Shown here: positions 50,608 through 59,955 of the stretch, piece by piece | Layout of the letters: every line of letters begins with the position of its first letter | Numbering within the stretch: position 1 is the stretch's first letter | Assembly (NCBI GenBank): GCA_963662945.1 | Contig: OY759974.1 | Coordinates: 2,336,001-2,400,000, forward strand | Direction: 5' to 3' | Length of the DNA stretch: 64,000 nt | Source of the DNA: Arcobacteraceae bacterium | Lineage (GTDB): Bacteria > Campylobacterota > Campylobacteria > Campylobacterales > Arcobacteraceae | Notes under the pieces: generated by a model | The model's database searches: none | Seen by the model: the letters and a program-made list of their open reading frames with translations, nothing else | What the model was told of the DNA's origin: nothing | Position numbers and translations under genes: made by a program

Positions 50608-53349
50608 ATGGGTTTAGTAGTAAAAAAAATTGCTGATATATTGTTCTCTTATTGGACAATGTTAGGTCTGTTTGTACTTTTAGGTGCGGGAGCTGGTGTT
50701 GCAACATTTATAGAAAATGATTTTGGAACATCAACTGCGAGAGTTTTAGTTTATAATCATATATGGTATGAAATTGTTATGACACTTGCTGCTATCAATT
50801 TATTAGGTATCATATATAGAAGAAAAATGTGGAGACAAAAGGCAAAATTTATATTTCATATTTCATTTGTAATTATGTTAATAGGTGCTGGAATAACTCG
50901 ATATGTTGGATATGAAGGTATTATGCATATTAAAGAGGGACAAACACAAAATGAGATGATATCTTTAGAGCCTTATTTACAAATAACTATTAATGACAAT
51001 GGAAAAATCTATTATGCAGAATTTCAAAAAGAGTTTAGTGCAATAGGGAGTAACTATTTTAATCATAATATTGAATTTGGTAATAAAACTCTAAATGTAC
51101 AATTAGATAGTTATAAGTTTGCTAAAAAAGCAAAAGCTACTATGAACCTTATTGGAACTAAGTTTACAATCGATGGGGAAGAAAAAGTAGAAAAACTTGT
51201 TGGTCAACGTGGAAGTCAAGGATTAACAAGAGAGATTAACTTTAAAAATAATATTCAAGTAATAGCAACATATGGTTCAAAACCTTTAACAGTACCATTT
51301 GCAATAAAACTGAATGATTTTCAATTAGAAAGATATCCAGGAAGTATGTCTCCATCATCATACGCTAGTGAAGTAACTCTTATAGATAAAGCAAATAATG
51401 TACAATTTGATTATAGAATATTTATGAATTCAACACTTAAATATGGTGGTTTTCAATTTTTTCAAAGTTCTTATGACCCAGATGAAACTGGAACAATTCT
51501 TTCTGTGAATAATGACCCAGGAACTATCCCTACATATTTAGGATATTTTTTACTAGCTTTAGGACTTTTAATGAACATGTTTGATAAAAAATCAAGATTT
51601 GCAAAACTTATTAACTATACAAAACAGTTTAATAGTATTGCTTTAGTATTAATGGCAACAGTTTTTCTTTCAAACACATCTTATGCTACAGAAACACAAA
51701 ACCCAACTATTAGTTATTTAGAGAAATATAAAGTTGAGTCTGTTGAAACGGCAAAATTATTTGGTAATTTAGTAACTCAATCAAGTATGGGAAGAATGAA
51801 ACCAGTGGATTCACTTAATAGAGAAATACTGAATAAATTAGCAAGAAAAAGTTCATTTTTAGGGATGAATCCCAATCAAGTAGTACTAGGTATGATAACA
51901 CGACCAGAAATTTGGAGAGATTTAAAAATGTTAAAAATAACAACTCCAAAACTTAAAAAAGAATTAGGACTTGATGAGAGTAGAAAATATGTAGCTTTCT
52001 CAGAAATGTTTACTCCAGAAGGAGAATATAAATTAAAAAAATACATTAATGATGTAAATGCAATGAATCCAAACCAAAGAGGTACCTTTGAAAAAGATAT
52101 TTTAAAACTTGACGAAAGATTAAATATTGCCTATATGGTATATTTTGGAAATTTATTTAATATATTTCCACGACCTGATGATGGACATAATCATGATGCT
52201 ACTAAATGGTACACACCAATAGATGCTATGGACCAGTTTCATGATAAAGATAAAGAAATTGTGCAGCTTATGGTAAGAGGCTTTATTGATAATGTTGTAG
52301 CTCAAAAGTATGAAGATGCAAATAAATATATCGGTTTGATTGGGCAATATCAAAGAAAAATAGGAAAAGATATAATACCATCGGAAGATGTAATAAATAG
52401 TGAAATTTTATTTAATGAACTTTCAGTATTTTCTCAATTAACATTAGCTTATATACTTCTTGGTGTAGTTTTATTTATTGTTTCATTTTTAACAGTATTT
52501 AATAAAAATTGGTCTTCGAAAAAATTGAATACTGCTATATTTGTAATACTTGCAGTATTATTTGCAATACATACTTTTGGTATGGGACATAGATGGTATA
52601 TAAGTGGTCATGCACCTTGGAGTGATACTTATGAATCATTAGTATATATAGCTTGGTCTGTTATGTTTGCAGGGGTAATTTTCTTTAGAAAATCGCTTAT
52701 GGCATTAAGTGCTACGGTTGTGATGGCTGGAGTGTTTATGTTTACAGCACATTTAACAGGTATTGATCCTCAAATAACAAATCTAGTGCCAGTACTAAAA
52801 TCATATTGGCTTACAATTCATGTATCTATTATCACAGGTTCTTATGGATTTTTAGCAATTGGGGCAATGCTTGGATTTATGTCTATGGTGTTATTTATAT
52901 TTAGAAGTCCAAATAAACCACATATAGATCAAAATATTAATCATATCACAGCTATAAATGAAGCAGCCTTGATTTTAGGACTTGCAGCTTTAGTAGTTGG
53001 AAACTTTATAGGTGGAGTTTGGGCAAATGAATCTTGGGGAAGATACTGGGGCTGGGATCCAAAAGAGACTTGGGCTTATGTTGCTATAGTGTTTTATGCT
53101 TTTGTAATACATCTTAGATTTATTCCAAAATTAAATACACCATATGTATTTGCAGTTGCTTCAACTTGGGTTTTCTCAACTGTACTTATGACATATTTTG
53201 GAGTAAACTTCTATCTTAGTGGTATGCACTCTTATGCAACAGGAGATCCAGTACCAATTCCTACTTGGGCTTATGTATTGACAACTATAGTCTTTATAGT
53301 TACAGTACTTGCAGGTAGAAAAAGAGATTTACCAAAATTAAAAGTATAA
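50608..53349 (+). CDS. ccsBA: Fused cytochrome c synthase CcsBA (system II)
   Basis: ResB-like N-terminus (FHISF, YPGSMSPSSYASEV, FFQSSYD) and WWD domain WANESWGRYWGWDPKETW. Confidence 0.95.
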   Translation: MGLVVKKIADILFSYWTMLGLFVLLGAGAGVATFIENDFGTSTARVLVYNHIWYEIVMTLAAINLLGIIYRRKMWRQKAKFIFHISFVIMLIGAGITRYVGYEGIMHIKEGQTQNEMISLEPYLQITINDNGKIYYAEFQKEFSAIGSNYFNHNIEFGNKTLNVQLDSYKFAKKAKATMNLIGTKFTIDGEEKVEKLVGQRGSQGLTREINFKNNIQVIATYGSKPLTVPFAIKLNDFQLERYPGSMSPSSYASEVTLIDKANNVQFDYRIFMNSTLKYGGFQFFQSSYDPDETGTILSVNNDPGTIPTYLGYFLLALGLLMNMFDKKSRFAKLINYTKQFNSIALVLMATVFLSNTSYATETQNPTISYLEKYKVESVETAKLFGNLVTQSSMGRMKPVDSLNREILNKLARKSSFLGMNPNQVVLGMITRPEIWRDLKMLKITTPKLKKELGLDESRKYVAFSEMFTPEGEYKLKKYINDVNAMNPNQRGTFEKDILKLDERLNIAYMVYFGNLFNIFPRPDDGHNHDATKWYTPIDAMDQFHDKDKEIVQLMVRGFIDNVVAQKYEDANKYIGLIGQYQRKIGKDIIPSEDVINSEILFNELSVFSQLTLAYILLGVVLFIVSFLTVFNKNWSSKKLNTAIFVILAVLFAIHTFGMGHRWYISGHAPWSDTYESLVYIAWSVMFAGVIFFRKSLMALSATVVMAGVFMFTAHLTGIDPQITNLVPVLKSYWLTIHVSIITGSYGFLAIGAMLGFMSMVLFIFRSPNKPHIDQNINHITAINEAALILGLAALVVGNFIGGVWANESWGRYWGWDPKETWAYVAIVFYAFVIHLRFIPKLNTPYVFAVASTWVFSTVLMTYFGVNFYLSGMHSYATGDPVPIPTWAYVLTTIVFIVTVLAGRKRDLPKLKV

Positions 53350-53380
53350 AAAAAGGTGGTCATTTGACCACCTTTTTTAT
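53345..53380. terminator. Bidirectional terminator (copy 1 of a repeated terminator)
   Basis: TAT-A7-GGTGGTCA-TT-TGACCACC-T6-AT between convergent genes. Confidence 0.88.
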
Positions 53381-54255
53381 TTCCCTATTTTTATAACACT
53401 TTTTAAAAGCTGATAGAGTAAAAATAAAAATATAAGTGGAAAAAAGATAGTTTTAAAGCTAAATGCAATAATAAGATTTAAAATATAATCACTTGTTTTC
53501 TCTGTTGTATCTTGATACTCTTTTACTTTTGTTTTATAATAGTCTAAATTAAAAATATTATTTGTTACACTATTAAATGATTGTTTTACAGAATCGTACA
53601 AGCTTTCATTTTTAGGAGAAATAGTTTCTTTATCTGTAATAGTTTTATTTGTAATATTATTTATATCTTTTGAAGATTGCTCAATGAGATTTTTACTTAT
53701 CTCTATATTATAATCATTTTTAACATAATGTTCATAGACAAAACTATTTAGCATAGACATTATAGGTATACTAAATCGTAAAAATATTAAAACTATTGTG
53801 ACTCGAAAAAATATATCTCTAATTTTTATATCATTTGAAAATCTCACAAACATCCAGATGTTCAGAATAATAATAGCTATGACAACTATTAAGGTAAAAA
53901 TATCTCCAGTAACGAAATTTAAAAGTATTTTTTGAATTCCTAAAGATGTTATACTAGCTAACATTATCCAAGAAAATTGCTCGACTAAATCGTTGATGGG
54001 ATCTAATACTTCACCAATACTAATAGTGAGTAATGGAGCATTTATCTCTGTACCTTGGGCTAAAGAGATAGCACCATTGAGACCTTTTGCAACTGCAAAT
54101 ACTTTAATTGCATTACTTAAAGAGTCCTCAACTATTGTTTCACCTTTTTTATCTATATCAATGCTATATGATACGAAAACAATAATAAATGAGAGTAGAA
54201 CAATGAATATTTTGTTGAGATTTGATGATTGATATTTTGTGACTTCTTGTAGCAT
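53377..54255 (-). CDS. Hypothetical multi-pass membrane protein
   Basis: AVAKGLNGAISLAQGT...GEVLDPINDLVEQFSWIMLAS..SLGIQK..L, several TM segments. Confidence 0.8.
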   Translation of the reverse strand: MLQEVTKYQSSNLNKIFIVLLSFIIVFVSYSIDIDKKGETIVEDSLSNAIKVFAVAKGLNGAISLAQGTEINAPLLTISIGEVLDPINDLVEQFSWIMLASITSLGIQKILLNFVTGDIFTLIVVIAIIILNIWMFVRFSNDIKIRDIFFRVTIVLIFLRFSIPIMSMLNSFVYEHYVKNDYNIEISKNLIEQSSKDINNITNKTITDKETISPKNESLYDSVKQSFNSVTNNIFNLDYYKTKVKEYQDTTEKTSDYILNLIIAFSFKTIFFPLIFLFLLYQLLKSVIKIGK

Positions 54256-54312
54256 AGTTTATTCCTATATCGCATTTGTATTAATTATACTGAAAGTATA
54301 TAATAAAGAAGA

Positions 54313-54350
54313 TATAAAAAAAGGTTGTCAATTATGACAACCTTTTTTAT
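54313..54350. terminator. Terminator after sucD (copy 2 of the repeated terminator)
   Basis: TAT-A7-GGTTGTCA-ATTA-TGACAACC-T6-AT. Confidence 0.88.
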
Positions 54351-54367
54351 CCTATTTATAAGAAAAA

Positions 54368-55240
54368 CTATTTAGATAAAACTTCTTTTACAGCTTTACC
54401 AATCTCAGCTGGACTTACAACAACTTTAACACCAGCAGCTTCAAGAGCAGCCATTTTTTCAGCAGCTGTACCAGCACCGCCACTTACGATAGCACCAGCA
54501 TGACCCATTCTTTTGCCCTTAGGAGCAGTTTGACCAGCAATAAATGCTACAACTGGTTTAGTGATATTTTCTTTAATAAAAGCAGCAGCTTGTATCTCTA
54601 AATCTCCACCAATTTCTCCAATCATAACAATAGCTTCAGTCTCTGGATCTGCTTCAAACATAGGTAGTAATTGTTTATATGAAAGTCCAATAATCGGATC
54701 CCCTCCAATACCAACAGCAGTAGTAATACCAAATCCCTCTTTACATACTTGGTTTGCACCTTCATAAGTAAGTGTACCAGATTTAGAGATAAGTCCCACA
54801 TTTCCTTTTTTGAAAATTGCACCTGGCATAATACCAATTTTACACTCTTCAGCAGTAATAATTCCAGGACAGTTAGGTCCAATAGTCATCATACCATGTT
54901 TAACTGCATATGCTTTTGCAGCTTGCATATCTCTCACTGGAGCACCTTCTGTGATAATAACAGCAAGTTTGATTCCAGCATTAGCAGCTTCCATTACAGC
55001 ATCTGCAACAAATACAGGTGGTACAAATATCATAGATACAGTTGCACCTGTAGCTTCTACAGCACATCTTACAGTATTAAATACTGGTTTTCCTAAATGC
55101 TCTTGACCACCTTTATTTGGAGTAACACCACCAACAATATTTGTTCCATAAGCTATACATTGCTCTGCATGGAAAGTTCCCTCTTTCCCTGTGAAACCTT
55201 GAACGATTACTTTTGTATCTTTATTTACTAAAATTGACAT
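54368..55240 (-). CDS. sucD: Succinyl-CoA synthetase alpha subunit
   Basis: [35 protein letters not shown]. Confidence 0.98.
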   Translation of the reverse strand: MSILVNKDTKVIVQGFTGKEGTFHAEQCIAYGTNIVGGVTPNKGGQEHLGKPVFNTVRCAVEATGATVSMIFVPPVFVADAVMEAANAGIKLAVIITEGAPVRDMQAAKAYAVKHGMMTIGPNCPGIITAEECKIGIMPGAIFKKGNVGLISKSGTLTYEGANQVCKEGFGITTAVGIGGDPIIGLSYKQLLPMFEADPETEAIVMIGEIGGDLEIQAAAFIKENITKPVVAFIAGQTAPKGKRMGHAGAIVSGGAGTAAEKMAALEAAGVKVVVSPAEIGKAVKEVLSK

Positions 55241-55253
55241 TTACTATACTCCC

Positions 55254-56426
55254 TTATTGTGCTGCCGCAGCTTCAACTGCTTTTCTTGCACCATCACCTA
55301 AATCTGTTGCACTTATAACATTATCAATACCTGCATTTTTTAATATTTCTGCAGCTTCTGGTGCGTTTGTTCCATCAAGTCTTACAATAACAGGAACTCT
55401 TACATCTACCATTTTTGTAGCTTCTAATATACCATTTGCAATTCTATCACATCTTACAATTCCACCAAAAATATTAACAAAAATTGCTTTTACTTTTGGA
55501 TTCTTTAAAATTATTTCAAAACCTTTTGCAACTGTTTCTGCATTTGCTTTTCCCCCAACATCAAGGAAGTTTGCAGGTGTTCCACCCATATAGTTAATTG
55601 TATCCATTGTACCCATAGCAAGTCCAGCACCATTTACCATACATCCAATCTCACCATCTAATGAAATATATGATAAACCATATTGACTCGCTTCTCTTTC
55701 ATCTGGATCTTCTTCACTAATATCTCTCATATCTTCAATATCAGGATGTCTTCCTAAAGCTGAATCATCAAATCCCATTTTTCCATCAAGTGCTAAAAAG
55801 TCACCACTTCCTGTTTTTATAAGTGGATTTATTTCTATCATTTCTGCATCATTTTCCATATATACTTTATATAAAGCTGCTGCAAATTTTATAAATTTAG
55901 ATTGTTCATTTTTATCAGTGATACCAAGTCCAAATACTAATTCTCTACCGTGAAAACCTTGAAAACCTATAGCTGGGTCAATCGCAACTTTAACAATCTT
56001 TTCAGGAGTCTCTTCTGCTACTTTTTCAATCTCCATACCACCTTCAGTTGAAGCCATAATAATTGGCATTTCTTGTGCTCTATCTAAAACAACACCAAGA
56101 TAAAGTTCATCTCTAATATCAGCACCTTCTTCTATATATACTTTATGTACTTCTTTTCCCTCTGGTCCTGTTTGGTGAGTAATAAGCGTCATATGTAAAA
56201 TTTCACTTGCTAGTTGTTCAACTTCTTCAATAGAACGTGCTAGTTTTACTCCCCCTCCAAGTCCTCTTCCACCTGCGTGGATCTGAGCTTTTACAACCCA
56301 AAGATTTCCACCTAACTCATGTGCAGCGGCAACTGCTTGAGCTGGTGTATTTGCAACGATACCTCGAGGTGTTGGTACATTGTATTTAGCAAAAATTTGT
56401 TTCGCTTGATATTCGTGAATATTCAT
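55254..56426 (-). CDS. sucC: Succinyl-CoA synthetase beta subunit
   Basis: MNIHEYQAK, KAQIHAGGRG, EINPL, MVNGAGLAM, ANFLDVGG, NIFGGIVRCD. Confidence 0.98.
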   Translation of the reverse strand: MNIHEYQAKQIFAKYNVPTPRGIVANTPAQAVAAAHELGGNLWVVKAQIHAGGRGLGGGVKLARSIEEVEQLASEILHMTLITHQTGPEGKEVHKVYIEEGADIRDELYLGVVLDRAQEMPIIMASTEGGMEIEKVAEETPEKIVKVAIDPAIGFQGFHGRELVFGLGITDKNEQSKFIKFAAALYKVYMENDAEMIEINPLIKTGSGDFLALDGKMGFDDSALGRHPDIEDMRDISEEDPDEREASQYGLSYISLDGEIGCMVNGAGLAMGTMDTINYMGGTPANFLDVGGKANAETVAKGFEIILKNPKVKAIFVNIFGGIVRCDRIANGILEATKMVDVRVPVIVRLDGTNAPEAAEILKNAGIDNVISATDLGDGARKAVEAAAAQ

Positions 56427-56555
56427 CGTTTCTCCTATGTAAGATTTGAATTTAAAAAATTATAGCTAGTTAGTGATTTAACTATTTTTATATCTAAATT
56501 ATAAATGTATTTTTAGGTAAAATAAGTTACAAATTGTATCAAAATTGCAAAAAAA

Positions 56556-56861
56556 CTAGTTTTTTAACTTATAATATGTTTCGTTTAGATACTTTGTTAC
56601 CTTCTCTTGTTCTTCTGGAAACCATCCAATATGTAGAGAATTGTCACATGTACTTACCCATGATGCTAAGTTTTGAATATTTTGAACTTTTTCATTCATT
56701 TTATCAAAGTCACCATCTACAATATGACATTTTTTGCAATTTGCTTCATCAAATAGTTTCTTACCTTCTTTAGCTTCGTTACTCAAAGGTGAAGCATATA
56801 CAGTTATACTACAAGTAGTAATCAATAGAGACTTATAAATTATCTTAGTTACATTAATCAT
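56556..56861 (-). CDS. Exported monoheme cytochrome c with a distal Cys (green-heme-protein-like)
   Basis: Signal peptide, GKKLF..ANCKKCH, then WVSTCDNSLHIGWFPEE..KV..YLNETYY. Confidence 0.85.
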   Translation of the reverse strand: MINVTKIIYKSLLITTCSITVYASPLSNEAKEGKKLFDEANCKKCHIVDGDFDKMNEKVQNIQNLASWVSTCDNSLHIGWFPEEQEKVTKYLNETYYKLKN

Positions 56862-56952
56862 TTTAAATCCTTTCTATTAATATTAAAGTTTATAAGAAAT
56901 TACGTTAAATGATGATTAATTTTTAGAGATAGTTAGTTATTTTAGAGTGATT

Positions 56953-56983
56953 AATAAACCAATACCTAGTATATTGGTTTATT
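56953..56983 (-). terminator. Hairpin after the fumarase beta gene
   Basis: AATAAACCAATA-CCTAGTA-TATTGGTTTATT. Confidence 0.7.
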
Positions 56984-57007
56984 TTATTTCATAAAAGTAA
57001 GATTAAC

Positions 57008-57565
57008 TTACTTTACTTCATATTGTTCTCTACCCATTTGATATAGGTCAGCACCATATGTATCGTTAATAACTGTTACAGGAAAGTTTTCAACTGTAAG
57101 TTTTCTTACTGCTTCTGGACCTAATTCTGGGTAAGCAATAATTTCTGCTGATTTTATTTGTTTTCCTAGAAGTGCACCTGCACCACCAGTTGCACCAAAA
57201 TAAATCCCACCATACTCTTTACAAGCATCTTTTACTTCTTGGTTTCTTTTCCCTTTTCCTATCATACCTTTTGAACCATGTTTTAACATAGTTGGAGAGT
57301 AGCTATCCATTCTGTATGATGTTGTTGGTCCAGCACTTCCTATTGGATCACCTGGTTTTGGTGGAGTTGGTCCGACAAAATATATTACACTTCCCTCTAA
57401 ATCAAAAGGAAGTTCTTCACCAGCTTCTATTAAATCAACAAGTCTTTTATGTGCAGCATCACGTGCAGTATAAATAACTCCACTTAAATATACGATATCA
57501 CCAGCTCTTAACTCTCTTGTTTGTTCTTCTGTTAATGGTGTTGTTAAATTATATGTTTTTGACAT
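57008..57565 (-). CDS. Two-subunit Fe-S fumarate hydratase, beta subunit
   Basis: YTARDAAHKRL, GPTTSYRMD, MIGKG, ELGPEAV; located in the mdh/sucCD cluster. Confidence 0.92.
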   Translation of the reverse strand: MSKTYNLTTPLTEEQTRELRAGDIVYLSGVIYTARDAAHKRLVDLIEAGEELPFDLEGSVIYFVGPTPPKPGDPIGSAGPTTSYRMDSYSPTMLKHGSKGMIGKGKRNQEVKDACKEYGGIYFGATGGAGALLGKQIKSAEIIAYPELGPEAVRKLTVENFPVTVINDTYGADLYQMGREQYEVK

Positions 57566-57582
57566 TTTACTTCCTCTAAAAC

Positions 57583-58434
57583 TTATATAGTGATATGTGT
57601 ATGTCTTGAACTATGACATTGAACATTTACAGATACTGGTAAACTTGCAATATGGCAAGGGTTTGATTCTATATGAACTGCAAGTGCTGTTTTTGTTCCA
57701 CCCATTCCCATAGCTCCGATACCAAGATTGTTTATTTCAGTTAAAATTCTTTGCTCTAATTCATCCATTTCTGGGTCTTCATTTTTTGTCCCAAGTGTTC
57801 TAAAAAGTGCGTGTTTTGAACTAATAGCAGCTTTTTCAAATGTACCACCAATACCAACACCAACGGTAATAGGAGGACATGGATTTGGTCCAGCATTTGA
57901 AATAACTTCTTTAACATAAGCAACAATTCCATCTTTACCAGCAGCTGGTGGGAATACAGTGGCTCGTGATACATTTTCACTTCCACCACCTTTTGCAGCA
58001 TACTCAATATCTATTTTATCTCCAGCAACTATATCGAAATGTATAATTGCAGGTAAGTTATATCCAACTGTATCTTTTAGATTTGCTCTACTAAATGGTT
58101 CACAAGTTGAAGCTCTAAGATATGCATCTTGATAACCTTGTTCTGTACCTTTGTTGATTGCATCTTTTAAAAGACCACCATTGATTTTTACTTCATCACC
58201 AACTTTTACAAAAAACACAGCTAAACCTGTATCTTGACATAAAGGTCTTTTTTCATCTTTTGCTATATCCGCATTTTCTAAAATTTGTTTTAATACCTCT
58301 TTAGATACAGGTGATTTTTCCTCTTCCATAGCTTTTTTTAAGGCATCATACGCATCTTGTGGTAAATCTGTACCACAATGTACAATGATATCTCTAACAG
58401 CTTTAACCACATCGTCAAACTCTATTACTCTCAT
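57583..58434 (-). CDS. Two-subunit Fe-S fumarate hydratase, alpha subunit
   Basis: PLCQDTG, KGGGSEN, NPCPP, GIGGT, CHIASLPV, QCHSSR. Confidence 0.93.
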   Translation of the reverse strand: MRVIEFDDVVKAVRDIIVHCGTDLPQDAYDALKKAMEEEKSPVSKEVLKQILENADIAKDEKRPLCQDTGLAVFFVKVGDEVKINGGLLKDAINKGTEQGYQDAYLRASTCEPFSRANLKDTVGYNLPAIIHFDIVAGDKIDIEYAAKGGGSENVSRATVFPPAAGKDGIVAYVKEVISNAGPNPCPPITVGVGIGGTFEKAAISSKHALFRTLGTKNEDPEMDELEQRILTEINNLGIGAMGMGGTKTALAVHIESNPCHIASLPVSVNVQCHSSRHTHITI

Positions 58435-58500
58435 GTAAACTCCATATTACTAAAATCTTTTATAAGTCTATCTTATCATCAAACTATTTAATAAATTCTA

Positions 58501-58535
58501 AAAAAAAGGATAAGCCCAAAAGCTTATCCTTTTTT
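58501..58535 (-). terminator. Intrinsic terminator after mdh
   Basis: A7-GGATAAGC-CCAAAA-GCTTATCC-T6. Confidence 0.88.
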
Positions 58536-58557
58536 GTGTAAATTTGATACTTTCTAT

Positions 58558-59499
58558 TTAGAAAAAATTATTTGTTGTTAATACTGCAATACCTTTTTTG
58601 ATTGTTGCAACAGATTGATCAAATTTATTTTGAAGTTCATCATCTAAATCTAGTTGAATGATTTTTTCTACACCATTTTTTCCAACAATAATTGGAACAC
58701 CCACAGATACATCTGTATGCCCATATTCTCCATTGAGTAAAACTGATGATGGAATGATAATTTTACTATCATTTAAAATAGCCTCAACTGTCACTGCAAC
58801 ACATCGTCCAGGTGCGTAATATGCACTAGTTCCAAGATGTTTTACAATCGCAGCTCCACCTGTTTTTGTTCTTGCAATAATTTGTTCCATATTCTCTTTA
58901 GAAATGATTTCTGTAATAGGTACACCACCAATAGAAGAAAGAGAAGGTACAGGTATCATATTTTCTCCATGATCACCTATAACCATAGCTCTTGTTTGTG
59001 CTCTTCCATATCCTAAATGATTGTTGATTTGATAAGCCATTCTTGAACTATCTAAAGCCCCAGCCATACCAATTATTCTATTACTTGCCCATCCTGTAAT
59101 TTTATGACAAACATAACTCATAACATCTAGAGGATTTGATACACAAATAATGATTGCGTTTGGTGAATAAATTTTAATGTTTTCTACTACCTCTTTTGTA
59201 ATTTTTGCATTTATTAGAAGTAAATCTTCTCTAGTCATTTCACCTGTTCTTGGAACACCTGCAGTTATAACTACTATATCACAATCTTTTATATCAGAAG
59301 GTTGAGTTGCTCCAATTACTTTTGTACCAGAAGGAGAATAAGATGTTGCTTGTTCTATATCGATAGCTTTTCCTATAGCAATATCTGTATTTATATCATA
59401 AAGAATTATTTCGTTGCAAGCGCCTGTCATACTTAAGCTAAATGCTGCTGTTGCACCAACCGCACCTGCACCAACAATTCCAACTTTTCTATTTGTCAT
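58558..59499 (-). CDS. mdh: Malate dehydrogenase (LDH-like)
   Basis: GAGAVG, TAGVPRTGEMTREDLL (Arg specificity residue), SNPLD, LDSSR, GDHG. Confidence 0.94.
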   Translation of the reverse strand: MTNRKVGIVGAGAVGATAAFSLSMTGACNEIILYDINTDIAIGKAIDIEQATSYSPSGTKVIGATQPSDIKDCDIVVITAGVPRTGEMTREDLLLINAKITKEVVENIKIYSPNAIIICVSNPLDVMSYVCHKITGWASNRIIGMAGALDSSRMAYQINNHLGYGRAQTRAMVIGDHGENMIPVPSLSSIGGVPITEIISKENMEQIIARTKTGGAAIVKHLGTSAYYAPGRCVAVTVEAILNDSKIIIPSSVLLNGEYGHTDVSVGVPIIVGKNGVEKIIQLDLDDELQNKFDQSVATIKKGIAVLTTNNFF

Positions 59500-59717
59500 A
59501 TTGTATCCCTAAAGTTATTCATATTTTAATTATCTAAATTAGCATAATTAAGATTATAAAATTTACTTGATTAGTTTATTTTGTAGTTGAGTATTAAAAA
59601 GTGTAACCTTTTGACACTTTACTGAATAATCCACAATTCATAGTTTTCATTGTTACTTTGAATTATATTTATTGTATATAAACTCTTCTTAAAAGATATT
59701 TAATTATAATATAACCT

Positions 59718-59894
59718 ATGGATAAAAGAATTATATGTCAACGATGTAAATCCTACTATGTGACTTGGGAAAAAAATAAACCGCATGGTTGTCGTGCTTA
59801 TGGGTTTAAGTCACAAGCTTTACCGTCTATTGTTGTGAAACAAAGTAGTGGTGTAGAGTGTAGTTTTTACGAACCAAAAAATAAAAATTTATAA
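59718..59894 (+). CDS. 58-aa four-Cys protein (putative metal-binding), leaderless
   Basis: MDKRIICQRCKSYYVTWEKNKPHGCRAYGFKSQALPSIVVKQSSGVECSFYEPKNKNL; TATAAT at 59705-59710 lies 7 nt before the ATG; below the ORF-track cutoff. Confidence 0.85.
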   Translation: MDKRIICQRCKSYYVTWEKNKPHGCRAYGFKSQALPSIVVKQSSGVECSFYEPKNKNL

Positions 59895-59955
59895 GTACTA
59901 TTATTAAAGAAAATGATTGTATCATAATTGAAGAAGAATATATTAGGAGAAAGAA

